Below, piece by piece: positions 14,601-26,571 of a stretch of 64,000 nucleotides of DNA. The position numbers and the translations under genes are program-made. The notes beneath the pieces are model-generated. The model did not search any database, was not told where the DNA came from, and was given only the letters and a program-made list of their open reading frames with translations. Source of the DNA: Antedon mediterranea (lineage: Eukaryota; Animalia; Echinodermata); NCBI RefSeq assembly GCF_964355755.1, contig NC_092673.1, forward strand, positions 32,113,648 to 32,177,647, read 5' to 3'. Position 1 is the stretch's first letter, and each line of letters begins with the position of its first letter.

Positions 14601-17600
14601 ATGAAACGAAATCAGATTTTTTTTTATTGTTTGTTCAAGTATATTTCTTATTATATAAATTATACGGCTGATTTATAATTAAATCCAGAGAAATTATGTC
14701 TCTATTTTCATGTTACATGGGAGGTTTATGACATATACTGAACTTTGATCGGGTTAAAATCGGTCAAGGTCAAGTTTGTTTAGGAGGCCAATTTTGATTT
14801 GGCCAAGTATCGCGCTATGCGCGAAGGCTAGTTACTTGGCCAAATTGAAAATTGGCCAAGTATGTTGATCTGTTTGGTTTGTGTGTTTGTTACTTGGCCA
14901 AATTGAAAATTGGCCAAGTATGTTGATCTGTTTGGTTTGTGTGTTTGTTTGTTTGTCATCACTCTAGTGCTCACAGTTTTGATTCGAATGACTCCAAATT
15001 ACTACCATACATGTCACCTGGTGCAAGGACGACACTGCCCAATTTTGGTTAAAATCTAGGCCACGGTCCCAATTCTGGACCACTTTTAAAAATTATTTTC
15101 AGACCTGCTAGTGTTAAAAGATAGGACAGAATTATCAAAAGCCGGTGAGCAGTCTTAAATTAACAAGTAAACTAAAATTGCATTTTCTTGAGAACTACTT
15201 GTCCAAAAAACTTCATTTTTGTACAAGAGGCAAGAGTTATAATTTGTGATTTGTAATTTTAAAACATAAAGTTGATTTAATATACAGGTTTTTTTTATGC
15301 GAATAGTTTAAAAAACCTAATTCTTTTCAAATTCACCCTTGTGTTTGTCGCGTTGCTGTTCTATTGTTAGTCGACTGAAGCTATTGTTAGTTGAACATAA
15401 CCTTTACACCAAACTCGTATACACATGATTGTAGTGAAATTAGCCTAAATCACACAGCATAAGAAACACACTTTAGGTGAAAATTAGGTCAATGTCAGGA
15501 GGCCAATTTTGATTTGACCAAGTATCGCGCTATGCGCGAAGGCTAGTTTGTTTGTCTGTTTGTTTGTTTGTTTGTTTGTTTGTTTGTCATCACTCTAGCG
15601 CTCACAGTTTTGATTCGAATGACTTCAAATTACTACCATACATGTCACCTGGTGCAAGGACGTCACCGCCCAATTTTGGTTAAAATCTGGACCACGGTAC
15701 CAATTCTGGACCACTTTTAAAAATTATGTTCAGACCTGCTAGTGTTAAAAGATAGGACAGAATTATCAAAATCTGGTGAGCAGTCTTAAATTAACATGTA
15801 AACTTAAATTGCATTTTCTCGGGAACTACTTGTCCAAAAAACTTCATTATTGTACAAGAGGCAAGAGTTATAATTTGTGATTTGTAATTTTTAAACTGAA
15901 TTAGATTTAATATAGAGGTTTTTTGATGCGAGCAGTTTACAAAACCTATTTCTTTTCAAATTCACCCGTGTGTCTTCCGCGTGCTGTTCTATTGTTAGCC
16001 GACTGAAGCTATTGTTCATTGAAAGGCTGGTTACATAACTTGTACACTAAACTCGTATACACATGATAGTAATGAAATTAGCCTAAATCACACAGCATAA
16101 GACACACACTTTTGGTGCAAATTTAGGTCAATGTCAGGAGGCCAATTTTGATTTGGCCAAGTATCGCGCTATGCGCGAAGGCTAGTTTGTTTGTTTGTTT
16201 GTTTGTTTGTTTGTCATCACTCTAGCGCTCATACTTTTGATTCGAATGACTCCAAATTACTACCAGACATGTCACCTGATGCAAGGAAGACACCGCCCAA
16301 TTTTGGTTAAAATCCGGACCACGGTTCCAATTCTGGGCCACTTTTAAAAATTATGCTCAGACCTGCTAGTGTTAAAAGATAGGACAGAATTATAAAAAGC
16401 CGGTGAGCAGTCTTAAATTAACAAGTACTTAAATTGCATTTTCTCGGGAACTACTTGTCCAAAAAACTTCATTTTTGTACAAGAGGCAAGTGTTATAATT
16501 TGTGATTTGTAATTTTAAAACTAAATTAGATTTAATATAGAGGTTTTTTGATGCGAGTAGTTTACAAAACCTATTTCTTTTCAAATTCACCCGTGTGTTT
16601 TTAGCGTTGGTGTTCTATTGTTAGCCGACTGAAGCTATTGTTCGTTGAAAGGCTGGTTACATAACCTGTACACCAAACTCGTATACACATGATTGTAGTG
16701 AAATTAGCCTAAATCACACAGCATAAGACATACACTTTTGGTGAAAATTGGGTCAATGTCAGGAGGCCAATTTTGATTTGGCCAAGTATCGCGCTATGCG
16801 CGAAGGCTAGTTTGTTTGTTTGTTTGTTTGTTTGTTTGTTTGTCATCACTCTAGCGCTCACAGTTTTGATTCGAATGACTCCAAATTACTACCATACATG
16901 TAACCTGGTGCAAGGACAACACTGCCCAATTTTGGTTAAAATCTGGACCACTGTTCCAATTCTGGGCCACTTTTAAAAATTATTTTCAGACCTGCTATTG
17001 TTAAAAGATAGGACAGAATTATCAAAAGCCGGTGAGCAGTCTTAAATTAACAAGTACTTAAATTGCATTTTCTCGGGAAGTACTTGTCCAAAAAACTTCA
17101 TTTTTGTACAAGAGGCAAGTGTTATAATTTGTGATTTGTAATTTTAAAACTAAATTAGATTTAATATAGAGGTTTTTTGATGCGAGTAGTTTACAAAACC
17201 TATTTCTTTTCAAATTCACCCGTGTGTTCTTAGCGTTGGTGTTCTATTGTTAGCCGACTGAAGCTATTGTTCGTTGAAAGCAGTGGTGGCGCCAGCGGGG
17301 GGGGGGGGGGGGGGGGGGGCTACGGGGGCTCTAGCCCCCTTGTCGGGGAGCCTAGCCCCCCCGTCGGGGAACACGGGTACTTTTTGTCGGGGAATATAAC
17401 ATACAGTAAAAAACGTTCGCGTTCACTTCATATAGCTTCAGCGCCCAGAAAACCACGACGTTCCATTGACCGTGAGAGTACGTCAGAGGGCTATTATGCA
17501 CTTTTATGCATTCATTATTGCCAGAGATCTAACTACTAAACAATAGCTAGTACGCACTTGTTTGGCGGTATTCCTTTGTACGAATCGTTCACCGTTGGGT

Positions 17601-20600
17601 CGAGACGCGTGATATCATGTTCCATCCAGGGACCAAAATGTGTAATGCAGTTATTTTCCAGACGAAGTTTACCGACGGTTACCGAAGGGAACACGGGTAC
17701 TTTTTGTCGGGGAATATAATATACAGTAAAAAACGTTTGCGTTCACTTGGTAGTTACCGCGACGTCTCATTGACCGTGAGAGTACGTCAGAGTGCTATTA
17801 TGCAATTTATATGCATTCATTATTGCCAGTGATCTAACTTACTACTAAACATTAGCAAGGTACGCACTTGTCTGGCGGTATCCCTTTGTACGAATCGTTC
17901 AACGTTGGGTCGAGACGCGTGATATCAAGTTCCATCCAGGGACCAAAATGTGTAATGTAGTTATTTTCCAGGCGAAGTTTACCGACGGTTCGGGTACTTT
18001 TTGTCGGGGAATATAATTCGTTCGCGTTCACTTCGTAGCTTCAGCGCCTAGAAAACCTCGACGTTTCATTGACCGTGAGAGTACGTCAGAGTGATATTAT
18101 GCACTTTATATGCATTCATTATTGCCAGCGATCTAACTTACTACTAAACAATATAGCTATAGGTACGCACTTGTCTGGCGGTATCCCTTTGTACGAATCG
18201 TTCAACGTTGGGTCGTGATATCATGTTCCATCCAGGGACCAAAATGTGTACTGTAGTTATTTTCCAGGCGAAGTTTACCGACGGTTACGTCGTGTACTGT
18301 GTCGACGTACGCTACACTACAGCAAAAACGAATTATGTTAATTGTTCGTATGTTCACCAATTTTTTAATTTACAAGTAACCTTCTGTACCGTGGGGCACC
18401 TAAAATAAATATTTCATCCATTACTAAACAAAAAAACATGCCATTTTCGCTTAGCCAACATCTTATTATAGAAGTTATTAAATTTTCAATGTCCTGTATG
18501 TCATGAATTTCTCACCACTCAGAAGTCCAGATGGTACGCAGGCATACACTTGGGAGGAATAAACTTATTTCCCCGACTCTGAAAAAGGTCTACGCTTGCG
18601 TTTTTTAAGCCTCTGGGCCTGATGTTTCCAAAGTATAAAATGCAATTTTTTGAAGACCTGCAGCTCTAGTTTTAAACATTTTCTTAGCTCAGCCCCAACA
18701 ATAAAGCTGGTCATATTTCGAATTACAAGAAGTGCATTTTCCGGGACCTAACATCTCTATTTTTCAAAAATTTCGTAGCTCAGTCACAACCATGATAGGG
18801 ACTTATATATTTTGTTTCATGTTTTGAAGTATAATAAGTCCAATTTCCAGGACCTCCAACTCTATTTTTCTAAATTTTCTTTGAACTTTTATTTTTTAAA
18901 TTGAAAAATATGGATTGAAACAGTCATCGCGCATCGTTTTTTTGCACGCAGTATTTTATTTATGCATTATAAAAAATGGAAAAAATGGCTACCCTAAATC
19001 TGATTAAAATGACCTCAAATGACGCTAGAACGCGTTGCTTCCGGGGGCTTCTCCCCCTGGACCCCCACCGGGGGCCCTTGGCGGCCCCCTGGCCCCCAGC
19101 CTTGTGATGCTCGCTTCGCTCGCATAGCCCCCTCGTCGGGGAATGTAGCCCCCGCGTCGAGAAGATCCTGGCGCCACCCCTGGTTGAAAGGCTGGTTACA
19201 TAACCTGTACACCAAACTCGTATACACATGATTGTAGTGAAATTAGCCTAAAACACACAGCATAATTAGACATACACTTTTGGTGAAAATTGGGTAAATG
19301 TCAGGAGGCCAATTTTGATTTGGCCAAGTATCGCGCTATGCGCGAAGGCTAGTTTGTTTGTTTGTTTGTTTGTTTGTCATCACTCTAGCGCTCACAGTTT
19401 TGGTTCGAATGACTCCAAATTTCTACCATACATGTCACCTGGTGCAAGAACAACACTGCCCAATTTTGGTTAAAATCCGGGCCACGGTCCCAATTCTGGA
19501 CCACTTTTAAAAATTACTTTTAGACCTGCTAGTGTTAAAAGAAAGGACAGAATTATCAAAGGCCGGTGAGCAGTCTTCAATTAACAAGTAAACTAAAATT
19601 GCATTTTCTCGAGAACTACTTCTCCAAAAAACTTCATTTTTGTACAAGAGGCAAGAGTTATAATTGGTGATTTGTAATTTTAAAACATAAATTGATTTAA
19701 TATACAGGTTTTTTGATGCGAGTAGTTTACAAAACCTATTTCTCTTCAAATTCACCAGTGTGTTTTTCGCGTTGCTGTTCTATTGTTCGGTTTGTGTGTG
19801 TGTGTTTGTCATCGCTCTATCACTCACAGTGGTAAATACACATCGGAATCTTTCTTCAAATGTTAGTCAGTTGTGTATGGCTCGGTGGTCTGTGCTGGTG
19901 TTTACAGCATTTAAGTTACCGAGATCGAGTCTCACCTTGGGAAATGAAACGAAATCAGATTTTTTTTTAATTATTCGTATTGTTTATTCAAGTATATTTC
20001 TTAGTATATAAATTATACGGCTGATTTATAATCAAATCTAGAGAAATTAAGTCTCTATTTTTATGTTACATGGGAGGTTTATGACATATACTTAACTTTG
20101 ATCGGGTTAAAATCGGTCAAGGTCAAGGCCAAGGCCAATTTTGATTCGGCCAAGTATCGCGCTATACGCGAAGGCTAGTTGTTTGTTTGTTTGTTTGTCA
20201 TCACTCTAGCGCTCACAGTTTTGATTCGAATGACTCCAAATTACTACCAGACATGTCACCTGGTGCAAGAAAGACACCGCCCAATTTTGGTTAAAATCCG
20301 GACCACGGTTCCAATTCTGAGCCACTTTAAAAAATTATTTTCAGACCTGCTAGTGTTAAAAGATAGGACAGAATTATAAAAAGCCTGTGAGCAGTCTTTA
20401 ATTAACAAGTACTTAAATTGCATTTTCTCGGGAACTACTTGTCCAAAAAACTTCATTTTTGTACAAGAGGCAAGTGTTATAATTTGTGATTTGTAATTCT
20501 AAAACTAAATTAGATTTAATATAGAGGTTTTTTGATGCGAGTAGTTTACAAAACCTATTTCTCTTCAAATTCACCCGTGTGTTTTTAGCGTTGGTGTTCT

Positions 20601-23600
20601 ATTGTTAGCCGACTGAAGCTATTGTTCGTTGAAAGGCTGGTTACATAACCTGTACACCAAACTCGTATACACATGATTGTAGTGAAATTAGCCTAAATCA
20701 CACAGCATAAGACATACACTTTTGGTGAAAATTGGGTCAATGTCAGGAGGCCAATTTTGATTTGGCCAAGTATCGCGCTATGCGCGAAGGCTAGTTTGTT
20801 ACTTGGCCAAATTGAAAATTGGCCAAGTACTGTATGTTGATCTGTTTGTTTGTTTGTTTGTTTGTCATCACACTAGCGCTCACAGTTTTGATTCGAATGA
20901 CTCCAAATTACTACCAGACATGTCACCTGGTGCAAGGAAGACACCGCCCAATTTTGGTTAAAATCCGGACCACGGTTCCAATTCTGGGCCACTTTTAAAA
21001 ATTATGTTCAGACCTGCTAGTGTGGACAGAATTATAAAAAGCCGGTGAGCAGTCTTAAATTAACAAGTAAACTAAAATTGCATTTTCTCGAGAACTACTT
21101 GTCCAAAAAACTTCATTTTTGTACAAGAGGCAAGTGTTATAATTTGTGATTTGTAATTTTAAAACATAATTAGATTTAATGTACAGGTTTTTTGATGCGA
21201 ATAGTTTTAAAAACCTATTTCTTTTCAAATTCACCCGTGTGTTTTTTCCGCGTGCTGTTCTATTGTTCGGTTCGGTTTGTGTGTGTGTTTGTCATCGCTC
21301 TATCGCTCACAATGGTAAATACACATAGGAATCTATCTTCAAATGTTAGTCAGTTGTGTATGGCTCGGTGGTCTGTGCTGGTGTCTACAGCATTTAAGTT
21401 ACCGAGATCGAGTCTCACCTTGGGAAATGAAACGAAATCAGATTTTTTTTTATTGTTTGTTCAAGTATATTTCTTAGTATATAAATTATACGGCTGATTT
21501 ATAATTAAATCTAGAGAAATTATGTCTCTATTTTCATTTTACATTGGAGGTTTATGACATATACTGAACTTTGATCGGGTTAAAATCGGTCAAAGTCAAG
21601 TTTGTTTAGGAGGCCAATTTTGATTTGGCCAAGTATCGCGCTATGCGCGAAGGCTAGTTTGTTTGTTTGTTAGCAGGATTACTCAAAAAGTAATTACAAG
21701 ATCTTTACCAAAATGAAGAGACATATAGATATGTGGTCAAGGACCATTCCATTAAATTTTGGGACCATTTGGGACCACAGTCCCAATTCTGGACCACTTT
21801 CTAGTATACTTTTTTAGACCTGCTAGTGTTAAAAGATAGGACAGAATTTTTCAAAAGCCGGCGAGCAGTCTTAAAGTAACAAGTAAACTGAAATTGCATT
21901 TTCTCGAGTACTTGTCCAAAAAACTTCATTTTTTAACAAGAGGCAAGAGTTATAATTTGTGATTTGTAATTTTAAAACATAATCTGATTTAAAGTGCACG
22001 TTTTGTTTATGCGAGTAGTTTAAAAAAACCTATTTCTTTTCAAATTCACTCGTTTGATTTTCGCGTTGCTGTTCTATTGTTAGTCGACTGAAGCTATTGT
22101 TAATTGAAAGGCTCGTTACATAACCATTACACCAAACTCGCATACACATGCTTGTAATGAAATTAGCCTAAATCACAAACAGCATAATAAGACACGCACA
22201 AATATATATATATATTTTTTTTTTTACCGGAAAAATCTTATGTAGGAGAATTTTACAGTAGGCGGAGGTATGCCCTCTCGGAGTGGCTTTCTAGTTATAT
22301 AATTGGATTCAATACAAACGTTTTGTAATTGTGCAATTCTCAATTTATTGAATTTATTTTTCTCTGTATATTGCCTCCAGGTTATGCAAAACAGCAGAGC
22401 TATCGACCGCTGGATCCTTTCTAAGCTCAGCCATACAGCGGAAATTTGCAATTCAGGTTTTCATGATTACAAGCTGAGAGTCGTGACATCAGCAATACGT
22501 CACTTTTGGCACAAATGTCTGTGTGATGTGTACCTGGTATGAGATACTATATATGTATATCAATTAGATTAAACACAAAAGTGTTCAATTGATATTAAGT
22601 TTAGTAATATCAATAATTATATACAGTAATACTAATTAAAACATTTTATTGCACTAGAAACTGTTTAATGTTTATCAGCTGCTAGTTTCTGAGATGCCTA
22701 ATATAACAAATCCAGTGAATAAGGCCAAGGTGCCTGGTTTTTGAAGAATTACCTACAATCTTTTCTTTTTATTATACAAAGGAGACCATCAAGCCTTCAT
22801 TATATAATGATGAATCAGGCTCTGGTAATGTTTCACGCTCTGTACTGTTCATGTGTATTGAGGCTGGCCTGAGGCTTCTAAGCCCCTTCATGCCTTACCT
22901 TACAGAGGAGCTGTATCAGAGATTACCCGGCCTACAACATGTTCCTAGCATTTGTGTTGCACAATACCCAACTACTGAAGAAGTAAGTTTTTTTTAAATT
23001 ATGCATATATAAAGTTACAAAAGTTATTTAAATCCATCCCCGACATTTAATTATTAAACTAATTTAAAAATGTATATTTCCATTTTAATGTAACATAATA
23101 GTTATCTACTTTGACCAAAAATTTGATCGAAAAAAAAAGTATTTACTTGAAAAAAATGTAATTTAAAGCAAAACATGGTCAAATTGGCTACCAGCCAATG
23201 GATTTTGGTTGAATTTAACCATTTATTTGTGAAAACATTATTTTTTTTAAGTGATTAACTTTATTAAAACTACAAAATAACATATTCAAAGTCTGATTTA
23301 ATTAATCTTCATTTTTCATGTTTTTTGGGGGACAATACATCTTTAAAGAAGGTTATTTTATTATCATCATGATCATCTCTAATAATATTAGCTCTTTTGT
23401 CATTTTTATTACTGTTACCCCATCATCCCATCATAATCGTCATAATTGCTGTCTTCTCATTGTCCACAAAAAATATGTGATACAAAATATTCAAATGACT
23501 TTGATGAATAATCATTTATTCTAATGTTTTTTGTTGAATATTCATAGTTCCCATATAAGGATGCAATCCTAGAGAATAATACAGATTTGATGTTGGATGT

Positions 23601-25443
23601 TGCTAGAGGAATACGATCACTTAAAAACCAATATGAGGTTACCCAAGTAAATGGTATGGCTTTTGATGCCTTTTTTAAAATGGATTTTCAATATTTTGTT
23701 TAATTCAAGGATCGGTTTCTGGATGTATTTTAAATAATAAAATTTATAAATTGTTGAAAACAATTGTTTATAGTAGTTTTTTAGGTAGTAAAATGTATAT
23801 ATTTTTCTCCTTTTTTTAGCTTTTGTTGTGTGTTCAACAAATGATGTTTACTCTATACTGTGCAGTTATCAAGATGATATAAAAACATTAACTAAAGCAG
23901 CTTCTGTAGAGCTTCTATCTAATGGCATTACCCCCACTGGTTGTGCAGTTTCTACCATATCACCTTCATGTACTGTTGCTGTGCAACTTGAGGTAGGTTC
24001 AGTAGAGCTTCTATCTAATGGCATTACCCCCACTGGTTGTGCAGTTTCTACCATATCACCTTCATGTACTGTTGCTGTGCAACTTGAGGTAGGTTCAGTA
24101 GAGCTTCTATCTAATGGCATTACCCCCACTGGTTGTGCAGTTTCTACCATATCACCTTCATGTACTGTTGCTGTGCAACTTGGGGTAGGTTCAGTAGAGC
24201 TTCTATCTAATGGCATTACACCCACTGGTGTGCAGTTTCTACCATATCACCTTCATGTACTGTTGCTGTGCAACTTGAGATATGTTCTTTTTCCTGTATA
24301 CTTTCATTCATTCATTACCTCAGCCAAGGAGGTTATGTTTTCACCCCTGTATGTTTGTGTGTGTGTCTGTCAACAGCGTTGAGGCCACAGTTTTTATCCG
24401 ATTCTCACAAAATTTGGCCACAATGAACTAGGGCCCAAAAGCTCGGAGGATTTCGAATTTGAGGGGAAAAGGTCATAGGTCAAGGTCACAACTAACAAAA
24501 TATTATTTTACTGCCTAGAGACCACTGTTTTTATCCGATTCTCACCAAACTTAGCCACAATGATCAATGACACATCATATAATTGTAGTTAAATTTTTAA
24601 GGTCAGGGTCAAAGATCAAGGACCACAAAAAACTATAAAAAAAAATAAAAAAAAAAAAAAAACCTCAGTGGGACTTGAACCAGCAATCTGTGAGAGGCTG
24701 GATACATAACCATTACACCACACTGTCATCCACAACTTTGTAGTGTGCAGTTAACATATTTACACTTAGAACTAATAAAAAAAATGAATTTTACAGTAGG
24801 CGGAGGTTTGTACTCTCGGAGTACCCTCTAGTTCATTTCTTTATTAGCCATAAAAATACATACAGTAATCCAAGATGGCATGGAATGACCACAGTTTAAA
24901 ACAAAACTTTGACCCTCAGACCGGTCACTCCGTAATACTAAGTAATAGCAATATGTGAATTGTTAGACCTAGGTCAATTAAAGTGTTGTCGGTTGTTACC
25001 TGGACCTAGAAATCATCTAACCTGTGTTAAGGTGGGAGCAAAGAAACACATCCAAATATCTCTGCAAACGCACAGTGGATAAAATGACATATTTTGGTCA
25101 TCAGTCAATCGGCAAATCAAAAGCAAACAGCAGCACAGTTTTCTTTAAAATTATTTATTAATATAGAAAACAGCAAATGGCCAATATACCCTTTATTGGC
25201 ACTCTACTGTAGTATGTCGTGTACTGTTTATTATTATTTGTGTTTTTATTACGTTTGTTGTTTTTCTGTAATTTACAGGGAGTGGTGGACGTATCAAAAT
25301 TATTAAGTAAATTTAAATTGCAAGAAACTAAACGGAAATCTCAAACTTCAAAGCTGAAAAAAAACAAAAATAACAACAGATATACCAAATTACAGGGAGT
25401 GGTGGACGTATCGCTGTGGAATAGAGTATCACACAAACATTAA
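1..25443 (+). CDS. VARS1: Valyl-tRNA synthetase-like gene (cytosolic VARS1 type), 5'-partial, 15 exons in window
   Basis: Hand-spliced GT-AG exons: 1-61, 1372-1496, 1844-1947, 2329-2487, 2683-2773, 3172-3277, 4572-4642, 8664-8789, 9051-9309, 9805-9932, 22381-22536, 22782-22982, 23548-23653, 23820-23992, 25279-25443 (2031 nt, phases consistent). Translation gives ValRS motifs in order: [125 protein letters not shown]. May be a divergent paralog rather than the housekeeping copy. Confidence 0.9.
106..345 (-). mobile_element. Degenerate tRNA-derived SINE
   Basis: Minus strand shows a B-box (GGTTCAATTCC) followed by CCACTCAGCTGTAAATGAGTAC, resembling a conserved SINE central domain; boundaries approximate. 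Confidence 0.45.
856..1220 (+). mobile_element. tRNA-derived SINE (Meta/MESC-like central domain)
   Basis: A-box TGGCCGAGCGG, B-box GGTTCGAGGC, central TCGGATAACGACTATAAAC...GCACTTTAAAGAACCC...GAAGAGTAGGGG, (TAAA)n tail. Confidence 0.65.
1372..1496 (+). CDS. VARS1: ValRS-like exon carrying the CP1 editing-site motif
   Basis: cag|GT...CAG|gtac; encodes (G)[41 protein letters not shown]. Confidence 0.9.
3324..4502 (+). mobile_element. Non-autonomous Helentron-type element (HINE/DINE-1-like), family GGTTATCCGC
   Basis: 5' hairpin GGTTATCCGC-acttg-GCGGATAACC, subterminal GCGGATAACC near 3' end, 3' stem-loop AACTCGTC-cgtagt-GACGAGTT, CTAGT end. Confidence 0.75.
5047..6264. mobile_element. Foldback-like MITE with long modular TIRs
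   Basis: ~280-bp inverted arms (GGTTGGTGAA...TTCACCAACC) built of CCAAAATACG subrepeats; candidate 8-bp TSD AGATATGT at 5039-5046 and 6265-6272; the outer 6 bp of the TIRs do not match. Confidence 0.75.
6314..8644 (+). mobile_element. HINE, family GGTTATATGCA (interrupted by a TIR element)
   Basis: 5' hairpin GGTTATATGCA-tga-TGCATATAACC, (TTTA)n, 3' TGCATATAACC + hairpin ATTCGTCA-tag-TGACGAAT + CTAGT; second copy at 59155-60161. Confidence 0.8.
7753..8632. mobile_element. Non-autonomous TIR DNA transposon, AT target duplication (ISL2EU/Harbinger-like)
   Basis: 19-bp TIR AGAGAGAAATGG(C/T)GAACCG; the empty site GACGAATTAAATC in the sister HINE at ~60145 indicates a 2-bp AT duplication. Confidence 0.75.
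9051..9309 (+). CDS. VARS1: ValRS-like exon with class I KMSKS motif
   Basis: ttcag|GTA...CAAG|gtact; [25 protein letters not shown]...[17 protein letters not shown]. Confidence 0.93.
9430..9500 (+). repeat. tRNA-like SINE head fragment
   Basis: A-box TAGCTTAGTGG and degenerate B-box GGTTCACATC; no intact cloverleaf. Confidence 0.4.
10054..10145. repeat. (GT)n microsatellite
   Basis: Long near-perfect TG run inside the first HINE unit. Confidence 0.95.
17281..19182. mobile_element. Non-autonomous hAT element
   Basis: TIR CAG(T/G)GGTGGCGCCAG (14/15), perfect 8-bp TSD GTTGAAAG (17273-17280, 19183-19190), three internal ~300-bp repeats starting at 17374, 17694 and 17991. Confidence 0.9.
23902..24279 (+). 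repeat. 96-bp tandem repeat (4 copies) of the exon 3' end plus splice donor
   Basis: Units start at 23906, 24002, 24098 and 24194; each encodes [29 protein letters not shown] and the first three end in GTAGGT. Confidence 0.95.
24315..24831 (+). mobile_element. HINE (CCTCAGCC/GGCGGAGG termini)
   Basis: TTACCTCAGCCAAGGAGG start, GT microsatellite, GGCGGAGG + hairpin GTACTC-tcg-GAGTAC + CTAG end. Confidence 0.8.
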
Positions 25444-26014
25444 TCTATCTATCCTCAAGTGTGTAAGTATATAACTATTTACAAAAAAAAATTTTTTTTG
25501 CATCACTAGAGAAAACTTTCGTATAGACTTGATAACCTATTACCATGCTTTCATGAAAATATTTGAGTAGTATATTAAGGAAGATGGCTGCTATTATTGC
25601 AATCTAAATCAATAGAAATTAGTATTGCACTAATTTTACGATTAGTTATTAGTTTATTAAACATTATCAAATCATGACTACAGAGGCCACATCACCCACA
25701 CAGTAAGACTTCCTAAATGCTAGGCCAAATTCTATCTGAAACAAAAGCCACTTATGGAGTCACCATTGGTTGCTTAAAAAGTGGGACATATTTGAAATAA
25801 ATTAAACCCAAATAGAATGGAATTTTTGCTGTATTTTTATAGGACTGTATATCATTCATGGTATCAGATCAACTAGTTTTATTTCCATTACCTAAGTAAC
25901 ATACACGATCAAACCACCGGACATTTAAATTGTTTTTTTGATAAATAGATTGATAAATAGATCTATCACAACTAGAATTCAAAATTAGACAACGAAATTA
26001 TCATTTTTTTACAG

Positions 26015-26571
26015 AAAAATCAAAATGCAATGAAATCATGGCAGACTTGAATTAGAAATTTGATGAGTTGAAAGCTAATCTTAACAAACACTATGATGGT
26101 GAACATTATTGTTGGTTAAAATTCTGCTTATGCGATTTCTTAGATATAGGGGACTTTCACCAAAATGAAAAACCAGTAATAGCACATGAATTGTTCAATA
26201 AGCTTGAACTAAAAGGTTATTTTACACCTACTAATGTCAGCCTGTTGTTGGAGATTACAAAGGTCACAGAAGTTAAGGCTGCTGAAGATCTTGTACTTGA
26301 GTTTAAGCAATCTAATTGAGATCAGAATGCTGATAAACAACTACATGTATTGTCACCATATCGAAAACGCTTGTTTAAAAATGTTGACGGAGCAAGTTTT
26401 TTATGTGTTATTGCATACTACAAATTGACGTCAAAGTTTGACTCCAAAAATATTTGGAAGGTAGTATTCTACCTTTTTACCTTGAGAGTAATGGAATATT
26501 AGCAGATGAACCTGGCACAATAAAGAAATTTTCCCTTAATGAATTTGCAAAGAATATACTACTTGCTAGAG
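26015..26571 (+). pseudogene. Decayed exon encoding tandem death-effector-domain (DED)-like repeats
   Basis: Acceptor ttttacag|26015, ATG at 26038, donor G|gtaata at 26572. MADLN*KFDELKANL...WLKFCLCDFL...ELFNKLELKGYFTPTNVSLLLEIT, then a second unit LSPYRKRLFK...IWKVVFYLE. Stops at 26053 and 26317 plus frameshifts. Confidence 0.6.

Larger units (their letters stand above)
10005..21658 (+). repeat. Nested/tandem array of 13 HINE units (TTGGCCAA family), 0.6-0.9 kb each
   Basis: Head TTACTTGGCCAAATTGAAAATTGGCCAAGTA occurs 10 times; tail TTGGCCAAGTA-TCGCGCTATGCGCGA-AGG-CTAGT occurs 13 times; GT/GTTT microsatellite lies between head and body. Confidence 0.9.
9956..22294 (+). mobile_element. Outer HINE (CCTCCGCC/GGCGGAGG termini) hosting a nested array
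   Basis: Starts TTACCTCCGCCAAGGAGG + (GTTT)n; resumes at ~21660; ends GGCGGAGG-TATGCCCTCTCGGAGTGGCTTT-CTAG; sister element at 24315-24831. Confidence 0.8.

Noticed and set aside
10002-21497. Many similar short ORFs (VCVCVC..., [14 protein letters not shown]..., [12 protein letters not shown]...)
   Set aside because: Chance frames in repeated non-coding HINE units inside a ValRS intron; no domain signatures
10005-21658. CRISPR-like array (palindromic repeat recurring at intervals)
   Set aside because: Intervening sequences are homologous 0.6-0.9 kb bodies, not unique spacers; eukaryotic context; no cas genes
23869-24225. 118-aa repetitive minus-strand ORF
   Set aside because: Antisense shadow of the 96-bp repeat
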